Of a stretch of 64,000 nucleotides of DNA, positions 26,007-36,133 are shown one piece after another. The position numbers and the translations under genes are program-made. The DNA is taken from the IMG/VR virus record IMGVR_UViG_3300028833_000064, positions 121,389 through 185,388 of that record; one strand, given 5' to 3'. The DNA comes from a virus. Its lineage: Duplodnaviria > Caudoviricetes. Under the pieces are notes generated by a model, which was not told the DNA's origin, did no database searches, and saw only the letters and a program-made list of their open reading frames with translations. Positions within the stretch are counted from its first letter, which is position 1. Every line of letters starts with the position of its first letter.

Positions 26007-27432
26007 TTTTCTTAGGTTTTAATACGTTCTTATATGCCTGCTTCATCAACTTCAAACAAGACTCACGAGAGATGACAGGGTTACTGTATACACTGCTCAT
26101 AACCTGCTTCAGAATTTCCTTGATTATCGGACCTGGTTCGACACCGAGTTCATTGATGACATCATCTCCATTGATGGGGAGTTTGTATCCGAACATCTTC
26201 GAGTTCTCTGCACACTCGACGAACTTTGCATACTGACCCTTGACACAATGACTCTTCTCGTGAGCGAGGTTGTCCGCCTCGATGACTTGACAAGTTCTCA
26301 AGAAACGTTCCTCCGTACCACAGATATACATAAACCTGTTGATGGATTTCTCCTTCATCTTACAACAGTCGTTCCCGAATCCCTTTGCTCTCATATGGTT
26401 TCTGATGATGAAACACACTTCGTCAATCGTATGGTTGTCGAACTTCAAACGTTGGAGTATTCTCTTGGCGACATCACTACCGACGAACTCGTGGTCGTAG
26501 AAATGAACTCTACCGTGTTCATCAACAGTTCTACACTCTATCTTGCCGATGTCATGCAAAAGTGCCGCAAGACGACAAACCAAATCCGGTTCAAACATGT
26601 TGCAATGGTTTTCAAGAACGGCAAGAGTATGTACCCACACATCACCGAAATGATAGGCATTTTGACCAAGACCTATGGTCTTTTCAAGTTCTGGGATGAC
26701 ATACTTCATTGCACCGATATCGTTGATGAGCATTATTCCATGATGAGCATTTTTAGTCATCATGATTTTGCAGAGTTCGTCATTGATTCTCTCAACAGTG
26801 ATGATGGAGAGTCTGTCGGCGTTTCTCTTCATGGACTCGTAGGTCTTCTCGGAAATCTCGAAACCAAGTCTGGTACGGAAACGGATAACCCTCAAAATTC
26901 TCAAAGGGTCGTCGATAAAAGTCTGGTCAACCTTATCGTCGGAGACCATCTCCATCGGAACTCTCAAAACTTTGTCGTGAATGTCTTGGATACCACAACC
27001 TGTTAAGTCCTCCACCTCACCTTTCGAAATGTTGTAGTAGAGGGCGTTGATGGTCAAATCACGTCTCGTTGCATCCTCCATAATGGGTGCAAACACGGTC
27101 TGTGGGTTACGGCTGCCAGCATCGGTGTATTTCTCACCACGAGTCATAACACATTCAATTTCGTCATTTGGAAACTTCTTGAAATGGAACATTGCAGTAC
27201 CGTAGGTTTCATATATGACAACCTTTCCGGTCAACCCGTTCTGCTCACAGAAGTTTGCAAAACGAACACCACCTTGTGGGAGGTCAATAACGAGGTCAAT
27301 GTCCTTAATTTCCCTACCCATCACCAAATCACGGACGGAGCCACCGACGGCATATACGTGCCCCTCGAACTCACTCCCCTTCGTGATTTCACCAATATAT
27401 GATGTTATTTCTAAAAATTTTTCTTTTGTCAT
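25996..27432 (-). CDS. cca: CCA-adding tRNA nucleotidyltransferase with HD domain
   Basis: YAVGGSVRD..DIDL, RRDLTINA, DDPLRILR, ERI..EL, LLHDIGK. Confidence 0.93.
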   Translation of the reverse strand: MTKEKFLEITSYIGEITKGSEFEGHVYAVGGSVRDLVMGREIKDIDLVIDLPQGGVRFANFCEQNGLTGKVVIYETYGTAMFHFKKFPNDEIECVMTRGEKYTDAGSRNPQTVFAPIMEDATRRDLTINALYYNISKGEVEDLTGCGIQDIHDKVLRVPMEMVSDDKVDQTFIDDPLRILRVIRFRTRLGFEISEKTYESMKRNADRLSIITVERINDELCKIMMTKNAHHGIMLINDIGAMKYVIPELEKTIGLGQNAYHFGDVWVHTLAVLENHCNMFEPDLVCRLAALLHDIGKIECRTVDEHGRVHFYDHEFVGSDVAKRILQRLKFDNHTIDEVCFIIRNHMRAKGFGNDCCKMKEKSINRFMYICGTEERFLRTCQVIEADNLAHEKSHCVKGQYAKFVECAENSKMFGYKLPINGDDVINELGVEPGPIIKEILKQVMSSVYSNPVISRESCLKLMKQAYKNVLKPKKNES

Positions 27433-27444
27433 TCTTCCTCCTTT

Positions 27445-27777
27445 TTAATCCTCACAAAAATAATGGAAAATAAGTTGTAACTCATTAATGTCATAAATCT
27501 TGAATTTTCTACACAAGTAGGCTTTTTCTTGTGTGCATCCTTCTTTCCAAATGATGAATCCGAGTTCGTCTTCTTCTGGTATATAATAAACCACATCTAA
27601 TGTACTGTGGTCGTCATACTCGATATCATAATTGGTTACATTTAAATGTAGTGTTTTAAGGAATGGAGAAACTTTTTCACCATTTTCTTTCACTACATTC
27701 TTCACCGCTTCGACACATGTATCGAACAACTCCTTTTTCAAACCATCAATTTTTTCTTTTACTTTTTTATAGTCCAT
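27445..27777 (-). CDS. hypothetical protein
   Basis: likely start MDYKK after promoter. Confidence 0.6.
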   Translation of the reverse strand: MDYKKVKEKIDGLKKELFDTCVEAVKNVVKENGEKVSPFLKTLHLNVTNYDIEYDDHSTLDVVYYIPEEDELGFIIWKEGCTQEKAYLCRKFKIYDINELQLIFHYFCED

Positions 27778-27799
27778 ATTTGTTTTATTTTTTTTTCGA

Positions 27800-27850
27800 T
27801 GCAAAGATACGAACTTTTTTTGAATTACCAAACTTTTTTTTTCAAAAAAA
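27800..27850 (-). promoter_or_regulatory. Bacteroidota-type early promoter, copy 2
   Basis: same core as 3171..3219. Confidence 0.8.
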
Positions 27851-27918
27851 TTGAATTTTTTTTATAACTAATTAGTTCAGTGGTAGAAAAAAATTCATAA
27901 TCAATCTTAAAACCTATT

Positions 27919-28090
27919 GTTATTTCTTGATAAGTTCAGTTTTTTTCCAGTTTTTTTTTATCCAATGTTCATCCGTTTGTACGTGGTTTGCTCTTACGTA
28001 TTTACAGACGTACTTTAGAAAATCCATAATTGGAAACCATTCAACTGTTCTCACAACAACACCTTCTTTTCCACACCATCCACAGTTCCA
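27919..28090 (-). pseudogene. duplicated C-terminal remnant of RNA ligase 28327..29004
   Basis: GKEGVVVRTVEWFPIMDFLKYVCKYVRANHVQTDEHW versus GREGVVMRITDSFPIMEFPNYVCKYVRANHVQTDEHW. Confidence 0.8.
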
Positions 28091-28126
28091 TTATTTCATC
28101 AATACTATATCAAACGTTTTCATCAT

Positions 28127-28351
28127 TTAGTCGTTCTTTAATAGTTCAACAATTTCTTCATCTGTATGCCACACACCGTTGAACGGTTTGAGTTCGGATT
28201 CAGTTCCGTTCTCAATGGCATCCATAAGTTTCAACACCTCGTTGTAGCAACGTGAACAAACCGAACATGTTCCGGATGAACCACGATGGTTGAGACACTC
28301 TTTGTTTTGTTCTTGGATTTTACTCCTTAATGTTTCCCATTTTCCGTCCAT
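28127..28351 (-). CDS. hypothetical protein
   Basis: 74 aa ORF. Confidence 0.55.
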   Translation of the reverse strand: MDGKWETLRSKIQEQNKECLNHRGSSGTCSVCSRCYNEVLKLMDAIENGTESELKPFNGVWHTDEEIVELLKND

Positions 28352-29004
28352 AATTGTGCTTTCTTCCAGTTCCTTGTCCAGTGCTCATCAGTCTGAACGT
28401 GATTTGCTCTTACGTATTTACAAACATAATTTGGAAATTCCATAATCGGAAACGAGTCTGTAATCCTCATCACAACACCCTCACGACCGCTTTTACAAGC
28501 ATAGTATGATGTGTGTTCCATCAATTCGTCGATGATTTCCTTCACTTCACCCTCTTCTCTCAACACACACCTCTCCAATTCCGGAACGTGTGGGACACAG
28601 AGTATCTTTGCAAACTCCTTAACCTCATCCCAACTGTACCACAGATTACCGTCATTGACAGCGAACATATGCCAATAGTCTGACAGACAATCGTAATGGA
28701 TAGAGTGCTCACCGTAAAGGTTTTCACCATAGACTGTTTCATTTGGACCGATATACTGATTGATTTTCCAATACAGTCCGTCCGACGGGTCCCAAAGATT
28801 TCTCGACCAAGGTGAACGAGTCGGGGCACCATGTGAACGTGCATAGACATCATAGTGTGTCATTGCTGTATTCTCCCCATCGAGTTTCTCCGTGAAGACT
28901 ACTTCTTTTCCTTTATAGAAATCGAACCACCCATCTTGAAGTCTCTTGTCGTCCGATGTTGCACCTGGTGACCAAGGGAGATGATATGTTCTTGGATATT
29001 TCAT
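28327..29004 (-). CDS. ATP-dependent RNA ligase family protein
   Basis: KYPRT.HLPWSPG, EKLDGEN (motif I), GENLY, EGVV, KYVR. Confidence 0.9.
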   Translation of the reverse strand: MKYPRTYHLPWSPGATSDDKRLQDGWFDFYKGKEVVFTEKLDGENTAMTHYDVYARSHGAPTRSPWSRNLWDPSDGLYWKINQYIGPNETVYGENLYGEHSIHYDCLSDYWHMFAVNDGNLWYSWDEVKEFAKILCVPHVPELERCVLREEGEVKEIIDELMEHTSYYACKSGREGVVMRITDSFPIMEFPNYVCKYVRANHVQTDEHWTRNWKKAQLWTENGKH

Positions 29005-29216
29005 AATGACATTATATACTTTTTTAGTTTTTCTTTCGAAATTCCAGTTATTTTTGACAATTCTTTCAAATCAACATCTAAGAAAAATTCCGATATTCCA
29101 CGATAAATGTTAACCGAATTTACGGAATAAGACGACCAAAATCGTGCATGTTCAACCCAGATGTGTCCCGATGTTGTCTTCTTTATTAACTTTTTTGTTT
29201 TCTTTATTGATGACAT
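29001..29216 (-). CDS. hypothetical protein
   Basis: coupled ORF. Confidence 0.5.
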   Translation of the reverse strand: MSSIKKTKKLIKKTTSGHIWVEHARFWSSYSVNSVNIYRGISEFFLDVDLKELSKITGISKEKLKKYIMSL

Positions 29217-29345
29217 ATTGTTTTGTTTCTAAGTTAAAAATTTTATTGTCTGTACCGGAAACTTGCTTTTCTGCCGATTCGATAGTTTTTACACCACCAA
29301 TAAGACGATTATTACTGTCAAATATGACATATTTAGGTGTGATAT

Positions 29346-29759
29346 TCATTTGTTTTTGTATATTAGTTTAACTACTCCAGTCAATGGGATACGTGGCATT
29401 CTGTGCCAATCGGTTATTTTGTTGGAATCAACCGGTTTTCCCCCGTTGTCGGTATTTACCATGATTGTGATGTGTTTCGTTTCATTTGCACACGGAATGT
29501 TCGTTTCAAGTTTTACGGCAAACGCTTTATCTGAACTTCCGTATTCGTATGCAAACACACGAAACATCTTTCCCTCATTCTCCATACACCATTCGAGTAT
29601 TTCGTCAGTCATATTTGTGTGGAATGCAATCGTATGATGTTCGGCGATGATTCTCCCGTTTTCCCACTTGGGTGCAAACTTCATTACCTCATTCAACAAG
29701 AATCTCTTGGATTCATCAGTGAGAACGAGGGATGTATATAACAAATTACTCGTGTTCAT
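29346..29759 (-). CDS. 2H phosphoesterase (cyclic phosphodiesterase-like)
   Basis: two HxT motifs (HHTI, HITI) and GGKPVDSN.I..W. Confidence 0.75.
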   Translation of the reverse strand: MNTSNLLYTSLVLTDESKRFLLNEVMKFAPKWENGRIIAEHHTIAFHTNMTDEILEWCMENEGKMFRVFAYEYGSSDKAFAVKLETNIPCANETKHITIMVNTDNGGKPVDSNKITDWHRMPRIPLTGVVKLIYKNK

Positions 29760-30012
29760 ATTCTTTAAAATCTAAAACTTCGATTTCACTACCGAGCGAG
29801 AAACTTCTGAACTCGTTTTTCTCCATATCGAAGAAGACTTGGACTTTTGGTGATGAAGGACGGTTTGGTTTCCAATCCCCAAGTTTCTCCGTGAGGATGT
29901 TGGTTTGAAGAGTTCCGACGGCAGTTCTTGTGGAACCATCTTTCTTTTTAAACGTGAAAGTTACAACTCCTTTGTGGAGGCCTTCCTTTATTTGTTCTGC
30001 TACCGTTCTCAT
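29746..30012 (-). CDS. WYL-like/SH3-fold (DUF2693-like) protein
   Basis: VTFTFKKKDGSTR.A.GT...FFDMEKNEFRSF. Confidence 0.8.
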   Translation of the reverse strand: MRTVAEQIKEGLHKGVVTFTFKKKDGSTRTAVGTLQTNILTEKLGDWKPNRPSSPKVQVFFDMEKNEFRSFSLGSEIEVLDFKEYEHE

Positions 30013-30056
30013 TTTTTTTTCTTTTTTATAAGTTAAACTTCCTTTTTATTTCTCGA

Positions 30057-30107
30057 TGCAAAGATACGAACTTTTTTTGAATTACCAAACTTTTTTTTCA
30101 AAAAAAT
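30057..30107 (-). promoter_or_regulatory. Bacteroidota-type early promoter, copy 3
   Basis: same core as 3171..3219. Confidence 0.8.
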
Positions 30108-30149
30108 TTAATTTTTTTCGTAACTTATTGATATAAAGTGATAAAAAAA

Positions 30150-30878
30150 TTATTTTTTTTTGTATTTTGTAGCACAATTAGAGATAATTTTCTTATAATT
30201 GGGGTTCTCTATATTGTATTTTGTATGCATTTTTCTATAATACTCATCACGAGTTGGGATATGGTTAAAAATCTCATAGTCCCATAACACCCTGTCGAGA
30301 ACAGAGCATTTCCAGTTCTTAAAAGTGGCGAATCTTCCTGACCGATATAGAGATAATGTTTTTCTCTGTGTTGGGTGGTCCATTCCGAACAAATTGTTAT
30401 AATTTCTACCGACATTGGAATTGCCAAAACCAGACTCAATCTGGGCACACGATTTAATCATTTCCGGATACCAGACGACACCTTGTTCTGTAAGATAGTC
30501 TATATACTCACAAACGCTTTCCTTGGTGCATTTTCCACAATTTTTTTCTAACATTGCCACACCGATTTCGTAGTATAGAGTAAATTCACTTTCTTTATAT
30601 TTTTTGTCGTTAATTTCCGATTTAAGCGTCTCTATGGTTTCCAAATGTGTTTCGACCTTATCTTTGTGGTTTTGCAAGTCTGTATGTATAAAAAAGATGA
30701 CACACAAAAGAAATGCAATAAATGATAACAATAATATATTTTCTTTTGATATATAACTTCTTTTATTGAATAAAAGTGTGTTCATATCAAGCATATATCT
30801 CCTATGTGACTCTATTGTAGATTTTACTTTTTTAAAAGAATTTACAATAAAGTTTTTCAGTTTTTTTATCTGTTTCAT
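30150..30878 (-). CDS. membrane-anchored glucosaminidase (GH73-like) peptidoglycan hydrolase
   Basis: TM helix; AQIESGFG...NNLFGM...FATF..W..S...Y. Confidence 0.75.
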   Translation of the reverse strand: MKQIKKLKNFIVNSFKKVKSTIESHRRYMLDMNTLLFNKRSYISKENILLLSFIAFLLCVIFFIHTDLQNHKDKVETHLETIETLKSEINDKKYKESEFTLYYEIGVAMLEKNCGKCTKESVCEYIDYLTEQGVVWYPEMIKSCAQIESGFGNSNVGRNYNNLFGMDHPTQRKTLSLYRSGRFATFKNWKCSVLDRVLWDYEIFNHIPTRDEYYRKMHTKYNIENPNYKKIISNCATKYKKK

Positions 30879-30981
30879 ACTTATATATTTTTATTATATT
30901 TACAAAGATACTATTTTTTTAATTAAAAAAATGGGGTACAACCATATTAGTCATACCCCATACTTTCATTTCTCGTCTTTG

Positions 30982-32559
30982 TTAAGAATCTTCATCATCA
31001 ACCCCGTTGGCGGCATAGTATTCATCCATTTCGGCATAGGTGAGTTGAGTTTCCATATCGACCTCACCAGCATCATACTGCTTTCTTTCTCTTATTCTGA
31101 ATGCTTCTGTCTTCAGTTTAAAAGCTTCTGCCTTTTCGTCATTTTCTATACGGATGACGACACCTTCACGTGGAACATATTTATTACACATTGGTTCAAG
31201 TGATTCCATACCGAATCTTTGTTTGTCGTTTTCAAGTCGTTCAAGCAACGATTCCTGCCAGTGATGTTTTGTGTCGAGGTCTGGATAAAGGTCTCCGAGA
31301 CGACCATGATAAAGGATTGTAATTGGCTTTATCTTACCTTTCAACTCGGGATGTTCATTCAAAGTATTTATTGTCCATTGATAAACATCCTGTACATTCC
31401 AATCAACATGGTTTCCTTCGGCATCCGTTTCGGTTATTCTGTAAGGCATCAAGATGTTCTCACCGACCTTACAACCATAGTCGTAACCCTTTTGAATCAT
31501 ACTTGTGGAACCAGTAACATAACCGACAATCTCACCATACAATGTCATACCTTCCTTCAAAAGTGGATAGATAATCTTTCCGTACTCAGACCAGATATCA
31601 ACCTTATAGAAACCTTGACCTACGGCCTTATTAATGTACTTGTTCTTAATGACGCCTCTCGAAGACGTTATTTCACCATACTCAAGTTCATAATGAGGGA
31701 GAAGCATTTCACGTCTCTTATGGTCAATAAAACTGAAAAATCTTCTAATGAAGTTCTTTACAATTCTGACTCTCTTTTCGAAAAAATCTTCTGGAAGATA
31801 CTTCTTGGTAAGTAGATTACCGGAGATAAAAGACGTTCCGTGTTCCTTGACTGAGATGTCCACAACAGTATCCGGTGTGAATCTCCACAAGTTGTCCTTC
31901 AATTGGCTGGTGTCATAATGGAAAGCAAACTGACCATCTACCATACGGTCGAGTTTCATCATAGTCTTTCCTCTCTTTCGGTCTTTCTTAGAAACTCCTG
32001 TCAGATTGTTTTGACGGTGTTGAACAGGTGGAATGTATGTCTTTATGAAAAGAACACCATCAACAGTGTCAAAATCAAATGGAACAACAATTCCATCTTC
32101 ATTTGGTTCGAAACACTTCTCAAAATCATATTCCAACACCTTTGGATTCCACTTGGCAAGAGAATCGATTGAAAAAAGACATCCTTCAGATGTACAACCA
32201 CGAAGTTTGACCATCTTCACACGTCCATGACGGTTGAAATACCCAACCATCTTCTTCGCTTCGGATTCCTTACCCTCATCAATGAGTTTCTGAACATCCT
32301 TGTAATTCTTGTTGAGATGTCTTTCACTCATTTCAAACTGATTGTTAACCGACAAGAAATCCTTGTTGATGACAGTCTCCATCTTGCAATAGACCATGAT
32401 GTCACCTTCCTTTACACTGTCCTTTCCGACAACGACTTGGTATGCACCTCCAATTTTTGTTTTGACGAGAAAATCAGAACCCTCAATTGGAAGCAACTCA
32501 CCAATCTTTACAATTTGAGCACAATACTCAAGCTTAATGTTTTCACTTTTTGTAAACAT
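30982..32559 (-). CDS. RNA ligase (DRB0094/Rnl2-like) with N-terminal OB domain
   Basis: PIEGSD...KLRG..SEG; KEHGTS, YGEI, EGVV, FKLK. Confidence 0.8.
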   Translation of the reverse strand: MFTKSENIKLEYCAQIVKIGELLPIEGSDFLVKTKIGGAYQVVVGKDSVKEGDIMVYCKMETVINKDFLSVNNQFEMSERHLNKNYKDVQKLIDEGKESEAKKMVGYFNRHGRVKMVKLRGCTSEGCLFSIDSLAKWNPKVLEYDFEKCFEPNEDGIVVPFDFDTVDGVLFIKTYIPPVQHRQNNLTGVSKKDRKRGKTMMKLDRMVDGQFAFHYDTSQLKDNLWRFTPDTVVDISVKEHGTSFISGNLLTKKYLPEDFFEKRVRIVKNFIRRFFSFIDHKRREMLLPHYELEYGEITSSRGVIKNKYINKAVGQGFYKVDIWSEYGKIIYPLLKEGMTLYGEIVGYVTGSTSMIQKGYDYGCKVGENILMPYRITETDAEGNHVDWNVQDVYQWTINTLNEHPELKGKIKPITILYHGRLGDLYPDLDTKHHWQESLLERLENDKQRFGMESLEPMCNKYVPREGVVIRIENDEKAEAFKLKTEAFRIRERKQYDAGEVDMETQLTYAEMDEYYAANGVDDEDS

Positions 32560-32667
32560 GGTTTTAAAATTTTAATTGTTGATTGTTTCTTTTGGGGTTC
32601 AAGTCCTTCCTTCTACCACCCAGTTTTTACAGAACGAGGAAACTGTTACTTTAAATATAACAAAAAA

Positions 32668-33258
32668 TCAACATTCTATTACAAAATTACTGCATTTTTT
32701 TTCATTTTCAACATCTATTTCTTGGATTATACTATTTAAACACTTATTTCTTTTTTCCAAATTCAAGATTTTTTTCTTCAATGTCATCACCCTCATACTA
32801 CCTAATCTTGCAAGGTATAGCATTTGTTCGATGTCTAGTTTTTGACAATATAAATTATCCTTTGGACACTTTTCCACACTTATGAAATCAGAATCCTCAC
32901 GATATACAATAATGCCAGCAGTCACTCTCCAATCATTACGATTTTCGAAATTATCAAGAAACTCAATAACCTTGTCCTTTATTTTTTGTGGAACACAGTA
33001 GTAAAAGTTCTTAATATATTCAGACGTGTGGTCATGTTCTTTCTTAAAGTCGTTTAAGAAATCTGCATAAGAACGCTTTATCTCTATTTCGGTAAGATAA
33101 CCAGCCTTGGTGCAGACCAAAACGTCACATTCATGCCAAATCGGAAGAATACCACTCGTACCGAAGACATTGAATACCACTAGTTTTTTTGTGTAATCGA
33201 AATCCTTTGACCTTGCTATACTTAATTCTATCTCATATAATTCTTTATTTGTGTCCAT
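32668..33258 (-). CDS. PD-(D/E)XK nuclease-like (MmcB-like) protein
   Basis: ECDVL...TEIEIKRSYADF..DFKK...FYYCVP. Confidence 0.7.
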   Translation of the reverse strand: MDTNKELYEIELSIARSKDFDYTKKLVVFNVFGTSGILPIWHECDVLVCTKAGYLTEIEIKRSYADFLNDFKKEHDHTSEYIKNFYYCVPQKIKDKVIEFLDNFENRNDWRVTAGIIVYREDSDFISVEKCPKDNLYCQKLDIEQMLYLARLGSMRVMTLKKKILNLEKRNKCLNSIIQEIDVENEKKCSNFVIEC

Positions 33259-33263
33259 TACAT

Positions 33264-33895
33264 TTACTTTATTTTATCACAAGCCTTGTTCCGGAAGATG
33301 TCACAAAGTTCCCAATACGAGATTGGTCTATATCCATTTTGGTCAACTCCGACATCATACTGGTTCTTTCTTAGACGTGACGGAACATCACCGTCTATTC
33401 CGTAACAAGTGCCGTCACTCAAAGTATGTATGTGACCGAACACTTGGTAATCACCATTGAAAGCACAGCACGGATAGTGTTCGGCGTAAATTTTTACACC
33501 ATCTACCATAATGAACGCCTTGTCAACAACGGCAATGAGATTCTCCTGTGGTTCCGTGCATAATGATATATAGTCATGGTTGCCACGAAGAAGTAAAATC
33601 TTTCCGTTCAACTTACTCATATATTTCAAGTACGGTGCTGTATCGACTTTGTGATTCAACATAAAATCTCCACAGTGTACCACAATTCCATCCTTCGGTA
33701 CGACACTGTTCCAATTCTCAATCAGAGTATGGTCCATCTCCGAGCGAGATGCAAACGGACGATGACAATACTTACAGATATTAAAATGTGAAAAGTGAGT
33801 TAAGTGTCCGAGGTAAAGTACAACTTACTTGGATTATCTATACCCAATGTGTACATACCTCGGAACTGATTTCCTTTAATTGTTTCCATTTTCAT
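33264..33895 (-). CDS. calcineurin-like metallophosphoesterase interrupted by a 5-nt gap
   Basis: frame A ...LYFTSDT* (33895-33800); frame B THFSHFNI...HCGDF...GNHD...GHIH (33800-33264). Confidence 0.8.
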
Positions 33896-33941
33896 TTAAT
33901 TTACGAATAATTTTATATACTTTACCTTATTATATTTCTAT

Positions 33942-34946
33942 TTATACTTCATTTAATTGTGTAAAAATATGATTCATCAATATTCCAACAAGATTAACAT
34001 CCCAACCATTACCTGCTCTTTTCGAAAGTTGTGAATATGATTGATTGGCAAAATTCATTTCACCATCTCTTAATCCCATCAGTCTGAATTGCTCTTGCAC
34101 AGACATTTTTCGTACAATCTCAACACTATCATCGTGTGGTACTTCAACCACACGTAAGACGTTATGTTCTGGTTGTGTGATTGTGATACATGTACCATCA
34201 TATTTGATTTTCTTATTATAGACATCAAAACACAGAGGTTCTTCAACGACAAATGATTTGATACCATGTTTTTCCTTTAGATGCTCAATTTGTGTATGTG
34301 AAAGATACAATTCTTTCGGTGGATTGGAGTCAAGAAAATCACAAAGTCTAAGACCGTTGTGTATTTCGGGAGGAACCATGTTGAATCCTTCCGGTAATCC
34401 ACCCAATTTGGCGAACATCCATAGTCTTTCTCTGTTCTGTGGAATACCATAGTTTTTGGTGTTGAGAACGGTATACGCCAAAGGATTGTCTCCGTATCCT
34501 ATTTCACTCAACATACTTTTCATTTTGTTGAACGTTGGTTCAAACTTTTTGGCAGTAAGACCTTTTACATTCTCCATCAAGATATAACGAGGTTGCTTTT
34601 CTTTGCAAATCCTTATTATATGATAGAAAAGAGTGCCACGTCCATACAAATCGTTCTCACCCATCTGCATTCCCGCTGAAGAAAATGGTTGACATGGAAA
34701 ACCACCTGTAAATAAGTCGAAATCCGGTAGTTCTTTGGGGTCTATTTTAGTAATATCACCATAATTATGAATAGGTGTCCCATCTATATTATGATGATTT
34801 GCATCAAATAGTTCTGATGCCCATTTATCTAACTCAGAATAACCGACAACTCGATAGTTAAAATTTGGATGCTGTTCTTTTACTCTTTTTAATCCATATG
34901 ATGCACCACCATATCCAGCGAATGCTTCAAACACTCTCAGTTGCAT
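33942..34946 (-). CDS. dcm: DNA (cytosine-5) methyltransferase
   Basis: FAGYGG, GFPCQ, ENV, PQNRER, AGN. Confidence 0.93.
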   Translation of the reverse strand: MQLRVFEAFAGYGGASYGLKRVKEQHPNFNYRVVGYSELDKWASELFDANHHNIDGTPIHNYGDITKIDPKELPDFDLFTGGFPCQPFSSAGMQMGENDLYGRGTLFYHIIRICKEKQPRYILMENVKGLTAKKFEPTFNKMKSMLSEIGYGDNPLAYTVLNTKNYGIPQNRERLWMFAKLGGLPEGFNMVPPEIHNGLRLCDFLDSNPPKELYLSHTQIEHLKEKHGIKSFVVEEPLCFDVYNKKIKYDGTCITITQPEHNVLRVVEVPHDDSVEIVRKMSVQEQFRLMGLRDGEMNFANQSYSQLSKRAGNGWDVNLVGILMNHIFTQLNEV

Positions 34947-35472
34947 GACTCTCGATATAAGATTTATATTTATTGTATGTATCTCTTATCACATTCTCAC
35001 CTACTGGATGCTCTCTTTTGGAATCACGCTCAATACACACCTCGAGTGGTGTGTAGATAAACCGATACTCAACGACATATCCATACTTACGTGCCATCTT
35101 CTCAAGACCCTTACGTATTTTAGAGTTTAGGTTCATGTTATCCGACACCACATCTTTTCCACTTTTGAATGCAGCGGTTAAAGCGGCATTCTCAATCTTT
35201 GTGACGATGTTTTCGAGATTTGGGTTAAACGGTTTTCCCATCATCAATCGAATTTCATCACGATTGACACGGATACGGTTGTCGGGGTCTTCAAGGACAA
35301 ACTTACGGGCGGCAGTAGACTTACCACTTCCCTGCAATCCTTGATATATATAGAATGTCTTTTTCTTATCCGTTGAAGTCTTCTTATTCTTTAATTTGAA
35401 TATCAAATCCAACAAATAAATTACCAAAAATAAAATGCATAATATTATTGCAATAACAAAATAAAATACCAT
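34927..35472 (-). CDS. polynucleotide kinase (AAA_33, PseT kinase-like)
   Basis: GLQGSGKST, NRDEIR, D.MNL, CIERD..R..PVG. Confidence 0.85.
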   Translation of the reverse strand: MVFYFVIAIILCILFLVIYLLDLIFKLKNKKTSTDKKKTFYIYQGLQGSGKSTAARKFVLEDPDNRIRVNRDEIRLMMGKPFNPNLENIVTKIENAALTAAFKSGKDVVSDNMNLNSKIRKGLEKMARKYGYVVEYRFIYTPLEVCIERDSKREHPVGENVIRDTYNKYKSYIESHATESV

Positions 35473-35628
35473 ATTAATCCTCGTTTTTTAATTCTTCACG
35501 TAAAGTGTCTTTATTATTTTTTTGTTTATATTCAAAATCAACCGCCAATTTAAGTAAATACCCTATAAGGACTCCCACACCTACAAGAAGTATATGTACT
35601 ATTAATCCAAAGATAAATATATAATTAT

Positions 35629-36069
35629 TCATAGTTTTTTATCTCTCAACTCTTCACGTACTTGCATTAAAATCTTTCCAAGGTTATTCTGTCCCTTTCC
35701 GTTACAGACACCCCATATTGTGTCACCCCAGTCATTTCCTTCTTCAAGATAAGCGTCTCCGGTTGCAAGAAGTTTTTCTTTCAAATCTTCGTTTTGCTGG
35801 AACTTGTTTCTAACAATCCCCAACATTTCTTTGATTTTTATCTTATCCCAATCGTGTCTAAGGACAACATTTCTACCTTTTCTTTTTGCACGAGACGGGT
35901 CGAGTTCTTGAAACTGCTTTCTTTGTTCATAAGAACTGCACTTCTGTGCTTGAAAAGCGGCCTCACTATTCTTGAACTTCAAACCGTCATATTCAACCGG
36001 TGCTTCAAAAAAATTGCTCAAAAAGAAATATTTTCCTCTAAAGAAATCAATCTTATTTTTCATACCCAA
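35629..36069 (-). CDS. NADAR (YbiA-like) ADP-ribosyl glycohydrolase
   Basis: FLSNF, SEAAFQAQK, KFQQN, LLATG..L.E, D..WG, GQNNLGKILM.VR. Confidence 0.92.
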   Translation of the reverse strand: MGMKNKIDFFRGKYFFLSNFFEAPVEYDGLKFKNSEAAFQAQKCSSYEQRKQFQELDPSRAKRKGRNVVLRHDWDKIKIKEMLGIVRNKFQQNEDLKEKLLATGDAYLEEGNDWGDTIWGVCNGKGQNNLGKILMQVREELRDKKL

Positions 36070-36133
36070 AAGATACTATTATTATTTCAAATTGTTAAAA
36101 ATATAAATACTTTATACAAAAAAAAAAATTATT

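Noticed and set aside
26248-27006. 252-aa plus-strand ORF (and similar antisense ORFs over the ligase, terminase and topoisomerase genes)
   Set aside because: Shadow of the codon pattern of well-supported opposite-strand genes; no motifs.
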